Translations under genes and position numbers: made by a program
Part shown: piece after piece, positions 26,933 to 32,000 of the stretch
How positions within the stretch are numbered: position 1 is the first letter of the stretch
Layout: each line of letters opens with the position of its first letter
NCBI RefSeq assembly: GCF_017809215.1
Contig: NZ_CP065424.1
Span: 1,244,911 to 1,276,910, forward strand
Length of the DNA: 32,000 nt
Source of the DNA: Heyndrickxia oleronia
GTDB taxonomy: Bacteria; Bacillota; Bacilli; Bacillales; Bacillaceae_C
Direction of reading: 5' to 3'
Notes under the pieces: generated by a model
Databases searched by the model: none
What the model saw: only the letters and a program-made list of their open reading frames with translations
What the model was told of the DNA's origin: nothing

Positions 26933-27589
26933 TTATTTAAATTTTGCCATTCGTTTAATATCATTGTTTTTTCCAATCACAATGATTATGTCATGTAGCT
27001 TTAATTGATCATTTGGCTCTGGGGCGATTGCCATTTTCCCATTAGCATGTCGGATCGCAATGATGTTGACATTGTATTTAGCACGGATGTCTAGATCGAT
27101 AAGTGATTGTCCTACTAATGCATCAGGTATCTTTACTTCTTCAATACTGTATTCCTCTGATAGTTCGATATAATCGATAATATTTGGAGTCATTAGTTTA
27201 TGAGCAATTCGTAATGCCATATCTCGATCTGGATAGACGACTTCAGTTGCCCCAACTTTTGATAAAACAATTCCATGATGCTTATTAAGAGCTTTTGCAA
27301 CGATATGCTTAACACCTAGTTCATGTAAGATTACGACAGTTAATATACTGGCTTGCATATTATCGCCAATCGAGACAATAACCGTATCAAAATTTCGTAT
27401 TCCTATGTTTCGCATGCTTAACTCTTCCGTTGAATCTGCAATAATGGCATGGCTGACAATGTCTTGATGCTCATCAATTCGATCTTCATTAATATCGATG
27501 CCAAGAACTTCATTATTTGCTGAATAAAGTGCTTGTGCAATGGCTGATCCGAACCTTCCAAGTCCAATCACTGCGTATTGTTTTGGCAT
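26933..27589 (-). CDS. ktrA: K+ uptake system peripheral NAD-binding (RCK) subunit, KtrA/KtrC type
   Basis: The start is most likely ATG at 27589 (MPKQYAVIGLGRFGSAIAQAL, Rossmann GxGxxG), preceded by AGGTGGG. The track GTG at 27601 lies inside that RBS. RCK_N and RCK_C domains are present. Confidence 0.9.
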   Translation of the reverse strand: MPKQYAVIGLGRFGSAIAQALYSANNEVLGIDINEDRIDEHQDIVSHAIIADSTEELSMRNIGIRNFDTVIVSIGDNMQASILTVVILHELGVKHIVAKALNKHHGIVLSKVGATEVVYPDRDMALRIAHKLMTPNIIDYIELSEEYSIEEVKIPDALVGQSLIDLDIRAKYNVNIIAIRHANGKMAIAPEPNDQLKLHDIIIVIGKNNDIKRMAKFK

Positions 27590-27636
27590 AAAATTTCCCA
27601 CCTAATTAAAAATAAATAGCTGTTTTTGTGTAGTTT

Positions 27637-27773
27637 GTTGCATTTGTAAAAGCCCAACTGGTGACTTTTGCACCCAATAAAGGATTCAAGTGATTCTTAT
27701 GGAGACTACAGCTTTTTTAGTGAAACAGCCGATAGTTATTTGTAAAAAATAGCAACAATGTTTGAGAAAAGAG
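27637..27773 (+). repeat. dispersed intergenic repeat, copy C (in the ktrB-ktrA spacer, antisense to both genes)
   Basis: The core at 27748-27773 is identical to copy A. Upstream blocks GTTGCATTTGTAA, CCC, TTCTTATGGA, ACAGCTTTTTTAG, TGAAAC and GATAGTTATTTGT align to copy A. Confidence 0.75.
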
Positions 27774-27781
27774 CCAATAAA

Positions 27782-29127
27782 TTAACCAATCATAAACCTT
27801 CCTTTTGGATAACGATAGAACTCTTTGTCTTGTTTATGGGTTAAAGCGATTGCAATCGTTAATGGCCCTAAACGGCCGATAAACATTGTTAAGGCTATAA
27901 GAATTTTGCCGAATATGGAGAGATCTGGAGTAAGTCCCATTGAAAGTCCCACCGTTCCGAATGCAGATGTTGCTTCAAAAAGAATAACAAGAAAGTTGGT
28001 TTCAGCTTCAGTAATAGAAAGAATCATAGTAACAAGAATGACAACGATAAAACCAATTAACGAAACGGTAATTGCTTTATAAATCGTCGTCGGAACTAAT
28101 CGCTGACGAAAGAATACGACATCTTGTTTCCCCTTTACTTGTGACCATGCTGCACCTAATAAGGTGACGAAGGTAGTGGTTTTAATTCCTCCACCAGTTG
28201 AGCCTGGAGACGCACCGATAAACATTAGAATGATGATTAGAAATATAGAGGAATCAGATAAATCTCCAATACTTAATGTATTTGCTCCCGCTGTACGAGC
28301 TGTCACCGATTGGAAGAGTGAGGCTAATACTTTCCCAGAAAAAGATAAGGGTCCTAGCGTTTTTTGATTATAAAATTCTAACCAAAAAATAAAGATCGTT
28401 CCTAAAATGATCAGAGAGAAAGTGGTACATAGCACAACTTTGCTATGTAAAGAAAACTTTTGAAAGGATTTGTGTTCAAGAAAATCATGAACAACGATAA
28501 ATCCAATTCCGCCTAAAATGATTAAGGAGGAAATTACAAGGGTAACAACAGGGTCTTCAACATATTCAGTTAGGCTACGAAACTCACCAAATAGGTCAAA
28601 GCCGGCATTATTAAAATTAGAGATGGAATGAAATATCCCATAATAGATTGCCCTCGAAATAGGCATATCAAAGGAAAAACGAATAGATAATAGAATTGCC
28701 CCTAATCCCTCTGTTAATACAGTAAAAAGGAAGACTGTTTTTACTAACCGTACTACACCTTGCGGAGAGACAACATTCAATGCCTCTTGTAATAATAATC
28801 GCTCCTTAAGAGAAATTTTTCTCCCGATTAATAAAGCAAATAATGTCGCGAAGGTCATAAAACCAAGGCCACCAATTTGAATTAAGGATAGAATGACAAT
28901 CTGTCCAAATAATGAAAAGGTTGTTCCTGTATCTACAACAACAAGTCCGGTTACACAAGTTGCAGACGCGCAGTAAATAATGCATTTAACCAGCTAAGTC
29001 CACGATGATCCGTAGTTGAAACAGACAAGGAGAGTAGTAAAGTACCTATAAGAATAATAATGGCGAATCCAAGTATTAAAATCTTCGGGGGCGTTAGTTT
29101 TAAATTTCTATAGAGTTGATTAATCAT
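27782..29127 (-). pseudogene. ktrB: KtrB/TrkH-type K+ transporter membrane subunit, reading frame broken near nt 28967-28969
   Basis: ATG 29127 (RBS AAAGGAAGGA) opens MINQLYRNLKLTPPKILILGF...LSWLNALFTA, then runs into TAA at 28951-28953. The conserved continuation SATCVTGLVVVDTGTTFSLFGQIVILSLIQIGGLGFMTFATLF... is in another frame that joins the 358-aa ORF. A single missing base after ACT GCG would restore a ~448-aa protein. Confidence 0.8.
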
Positions 29128-29310
29128 GGTAAAATCCTTCCTTTGATCTCCATTTAGTTTAATGCAAGAAGAGGGCAATTATTCATTTGATAAAGTAATA
29201 ACTTTGCTCTTGGTCCATCGACGACCTGGAGTGGTTAAGATTTGTTTGGTAGGTTCTAAGGCTAATTACCTTCATACAATATAATGAAGGCCATTAAAGG
29301 AGAGATGTAC

Positions 29311-30252
29311 ATGTATAACGTGTTGATGTTTGTAGATTCAGGGGTAGATGATTCCTTTGCCTTAATGTATGCATTACAACATCCTGAAATAAATGTTGTA
29401 GGAGTTGTGAGTGGATACGGGAATATAACAAAGGAACAATCAATGACAAACACCGCATATTTATTACACTTGGCAGGAAGAGAGGATATCCCTATTATTG
29501 CTGGATCATCTGGTCCATTATCGGGAGAAATTGCTAAGTATTATCCTGAAATTCACGGTCAAGAAGGATTAGGACCGATTAATCCTCCAAAGGAATTTGG
29601 CGAAGTCACGATATTTGACATTGATAAAATAATTGAAATTATTGATGCGTATCCTAATAAGCTTATTATTATTGGAATAGGGAGACAGACAGATGTAGCT
29701 TTACCTTTTATTATTTATGGAAATGATGCTTATCAGACGGTAAATGCATTTTATATCATGGGTGGTGCCTTTCTTGTTCCTGGCAATGTTACTGCTGAGG
29801 CAGAAGCTAATTTTTATTCTGACCCTATTGCTGCGTATCAAGTCATGGAAAAAGGAAGAAACATTTTTTTACATCCATTAAACATAACGAATAAAGCGAT
29901 TATCCCACCTGAAACGATTGATTATCTAGCGCAAAATAGCCGATCAGCTTTTAAACCTATTATCAAGCCTGCATACGATTATTACTTGAATGCATATAAG
30001 AAGAATGTACCTGGTATACAGGCTGCACCGCTACATGATGTATTAACCATTAGTGCCCTAGCTAATCCATCCCTCGTAAAATACTTACCTAGAAGAGTAA
30101 CAATTGAACAATTTGGGGCAGCAAGAGGAAAGAGCATTGCCGACTTCCGACCAAAACCGGACCCGCAGCCGAAGGAAACCCTTGATTGGATTGGAATGGA
30201 AGTGGATATTCCAAAGTTTATTGAGAACTTTACTACTGTTTTTATGGCATAG
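29311..30252 (+). CDS. inosine/uridine-preferring nucleoside hydrolase family protein
   Basis: AAAGGAG (29296-29302) lies 8 nt before ATG 29311. N-terminal VLMFVDSGVDDSFALMYAL resembles the IUNH DxDxxxDD Ca-binding motif, with the first Asp not obvious. The length is ~313 aa. Confidence 0.8.
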   Translation: MYNVLMFVDSGVDDSFALMYALQHPEINVVGVVSGYGNITKEQSMTNTAYLLHLAGREDIPIIAGSSGPLSGEIAKYYPEIHGQEGLGPINPPKEFGEVTIFDIDKIIEIIDAYPNKLIIIGIGRQTDVALPFIIYGNDAYQTVNAFYIMGGAFLVPGNVTAEAEANFYSDPIAAYQVMEKGRNIFLHPLNITNKAIIPPETIDYLAQNSRSAFKPIIKPAYDYYLNAYKKNVPGIQAAPLHDVLTISALANPSLVKYLPRRVTIEQFGAARGKSIADFRPKPDPQPKETLDWIGMEVDIPKFIENFTTVFMA

Positions 30253-30255
30253 GTG

Positions 30256-30301
30256 AAAAAAACTATTACGGGTTGTAATGACAATTTGTAGTAGTTTTTT
30301 C
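30256..30301 (+). terminator. probable terminator
   Basis: AAAAAACTATTA pairs with TAGTAGTTTTTT (one G-U) around an inner TTGT-AATG-ACAA hairpin, ending in a T run. Confidence 0.5.
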
Positions 30302-30312
30302 ATTCAATTCAC

Positions 30313-30353
30313 TTGACAAGTAAGAGTTTTTTAATTATCTTTAATTCAAGATA
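30313..30353 (+). promoter_or_regulatory. sigma-A-like promoter overlapped by an MhqR-box-like inverted repeat
   Basis: TTGACA (30313-30318), a 17-nt spacer, then TATCTT (30336-30341). The -10 is part of TATCTTTAATTCAAGATA (30336-30353; 6-bp arms TATCTT/AAGATA). This closely resembles the B. subtilis MhqR operator as I recall it (tATCTcgaAtTCgAGATaaaa). Confidence 0.5.
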
Positions 30354-30406
30354 TTTGTAAACTAAATAATAAAATCATAGATATTATATAAAAAGGAGTG
30401 TGTATT

Positions 30407-31378
30407 ATGCAATTAAAAGGAATTCATCATGTTTCCGCGATTACTGCAAATGCTCAGGAAAATCTTCATTTCTATACAAAAGTACTCGGTATGCGCTTAA
30501 TTAAGAAAACGGTTAATCAAGATAATCCCTCTGTCTATCATTTATTTTATGGTGATGAAAAAGGGAGTGCTGGCACCGAATTAACATACTTTGAAATTCC
30601 ACATGCTGCAAGAAACCACGATGGGAATAACAGTATTTCGGAGATATCCTTAAGGGTTAAAAATGATCGTGCAATAACGTTTTGGAAAAAGAGATTTGAA
30701 GAACTGAATGTAGAGCACGAGGAAATTACAGAAGTCTTTAATCGCCAAACCTTACGTTTTAAGGATTTTGAAGGGCAGCGAATGGCGCTTATCTCTGATG
30801 AAAAGAATACAGGAGTTGAAAGTGGCAAACCGTGGGAAAAAAGCCCAGTGCCGCAGGAGTTTGGCATCACTGGTTTAGGTCCGGTTAAATTAACGGTACC
30901 AGATGCAAAGCAAACGATAACCACTCTTACAGAGATTCTAGGATTTCATAAAAAAGGTCATTATCCATCACCTATTCCAGGTCAAAGTGATATTATCGTA
31001 TACGAAACCGGCGAGGGTGGTACTGGAGCGGAAGTCCATATCGAGGAAAGAAATGATTTACCTCGGGAAAGATTAGGACGTGGCGGTGTCCACCATGTTG
31101 CCTTCCGTGTAGATAATGCGGATGAACTACATCATTGGATACAAAAAGTACAGAATGAACAAATGGTAAACTCTGGATTTGTTGATAGGTTCTACTTTAA
31201 ATCTCTTTATTTTAGAGAACCTAATCGGATTCTTTTTGAGCTTGCAACAGACGGACCCGGATTTGCAACAGATGAAGACATCGAACATTTAGGGGAATCA
31301 TTGGCATTACCGCCATTCTTAGAACCAAAACGAAATGAAATTGAGGCGGAATTAAAACCGCTTCAAACAAAACAATAA
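30407..31378 (+). CDS. ring-cleaving dioxygenase, glyoxalase/VOC superfamily (MhqA/MhqE/MhqO-like)
   Basis: GGAG lies 8 nt before ATG 30407 (the track GTG 30398 is unlikely). Two VOC modules are present: GIHHVSAITANAQENLHFYTKVLGMRL and GGVHHVAFRV...FYFKSLYFREPNRILFELATDGPGF. Confidence 0.85.
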   Translation: MQLKGIHHVSAITANAQENLHFYTKVLGMRLIKKTVNQDNPSVYHLFYGDEKGSAGTELTYFEIPHAARNHDGNNSISEISLRVKNDRAITFWKKRFEELNVEHEEITEVFNRQTLRFKDFEGQRMALISDEKNTGVESGKPWEKSPVPQEFGITGLGPVKLTVPDAKQTITTLTEILGFHKKGHYPSPIPGQSDIIVYETGEGGTGAEVHIEERNDLPRERLGRGGVHHVAFRVDNADELHHWIQKVQNEQMVNSGFVDRFYFKSLYFREPNRILFELATDGPGFATDEDIEHLGESLALPPFLEPKRNEIEAELKPLQTKQ

Positions 31379-31386
31379 ATTTTTTC

Positions 31387-31414
31387 AAAAAAGGGGGTAG
31401 TCCCCCTTTTTTTT
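31387..31414. terminator. bidirectional rho-independent terminator
   Basis: AAAAAAGGGGG-TAGT-CCCCCTTTTTTTT. Confidence 0.88.
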
Positions 31415-31531
31415 ATGTAATTTCCTGGAAACTAAGCGCGAATTTTCTTTGAAAAGTTTTAGGGCCAACTTTCCTTTATGGGAAAATCAAAGAGCCGAAT
31501 TTCTTTACAAAGTTAGTGCTTAACCTTGCTA

Positions 31532-32000
31532 TTATGTTTCAGAACGATAGGATTTCCCTTTTTCTTCACTTAGTCCAAAATAATGCCTGAAATTATAGAT
31601 GAGTGGGCTCCAGCTTTTAGGATCTATATGATTCCCATCTCCTTTCATAATATTTTCATGAGCATGTACATGTATGGCTCGTGTCTCTACGATTGCAAAA
31701 AAGGGTGTTTCCTCTGGAATACGGAAATGTTTCATCTCTGCTTCAATTTGTATAGGGCATTCTGCAATTCTACTAGGTTGAACAGAAACAGATGGGATCG
31801 AAGTAAATTGTCCTGCTTGGAATTTATCTTTTTCAAATGTAAAACCCAGTTCCTTCTTTTCTGCTGGGATATCTTTTTTTCCAGTGTATGGTGCAAGTGC
31901 TTCGACATTTTTCCATAGTTCTGGATGAGGTATGTTGATCACACATTCAGAACATTTTTGTAAATTTTCAAATGCCTTCCCTTCGATTGAAATCCCAATG
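31532..32000 (-). CDS. flavin reductase-like (FMN-binding split-barrel) protein, 5' end beyond the window
   Basis: The minus-strand frame stays open from the track's GTG 31942 to nt 32000 (...IGISIEGKAFENLQKCSECVINIPHPELW...), so the 136-aa ORF is the C-terminal part of a longer protein. The family assignment is tentative. Confidence 0.65.
   Translation of the reverse strand, partial: IGISIEGKAFENLQKCSECVINIPHPELWKNVEALAPYTGKKDIPAEKKELGFTFEKDKFQAGQFTSIPSVSVQPSRIAECPIQIEAEMKHFRIPEETPFFAIVETRAIHVHAHENIMKGDGNHIDPKSWSPLIYNFRHYFGLSEEKGKSYRSET

Noticed and set aside
29128-29283. I looked for a c-di-AMP (ydaO/kimA-type) riboswitch upstream of ktrB, as is found before B. subtilis ktrAB.
   Set aside because: The minus-strand leader is only ~150 nt. 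It shows none of the conserved ydaO blocks I can recall and has no terminator.
1-32000. I searched by eye for tRNA/rRNA genes, CRISPR repeat-spacer arrays, transposases or integrases, toxin-antitoxin pairs and defence-type ATPase/nuclease operons.
   Set aside because: None were found. Every ORF over 100 aa outside known genes is explained as an antisense or alternate-frame artefact, and the intergenic repeats are not regularly spaced.

Overview
Low-GC Firmicute (Bacillaceae-like) chromosomal segment, mostly housekeeping genes on the + strand. The backbone follows the Bacillus subtilis order as I recall it: flaG ... hpf-secA-prfB ... cccB-ftsE-ftsX ... ctpB ... minJ. Other blocks are interspersed. 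These are a ComFB-like gene plus hemAT; a tiny Gly/aromatic-repeat protein divergent from an APH/CotS-type kinase-fold gene; a ywrC/ywrD/ywrB/ywrA-like block (Lrp regulator, gamma-glutamyltranspeptidase, split chromate transporter); a coiled-coil M23 peptidase directly after ftsEX; cls; a sulfur/methionine block with a SAM (S-box) riboswitch in front of metY-hom; a GalT/HIT-like gene; a ktrB-ktrA potassium uptake pair; a nucleoside hydrolase; an Mhq-type ring-cleaving dioxygenase with an MhqR-like operator; and a partial flavin reductase. I found no tRNA, rRNA, CRISPR array, transposase, integrase or phage genes, and no convincing multi-gene defence-type system. The least explained signals are: (1) a dispersed intergenic repeat of about 140-170 nt with a nearly invariant 26-nt 3' core, present as three clear same-orientation copies plus two probable degenerate copies; (2) a frame disruption in ktrB; (3) an 81-aa low-complexity (GRPFF)n/(GY)n protein. 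The prfB +1 programmed frameshift is present and is missed by the ORF track. All calls rest on reading the sequence and recalled family motifs. No database search was run.
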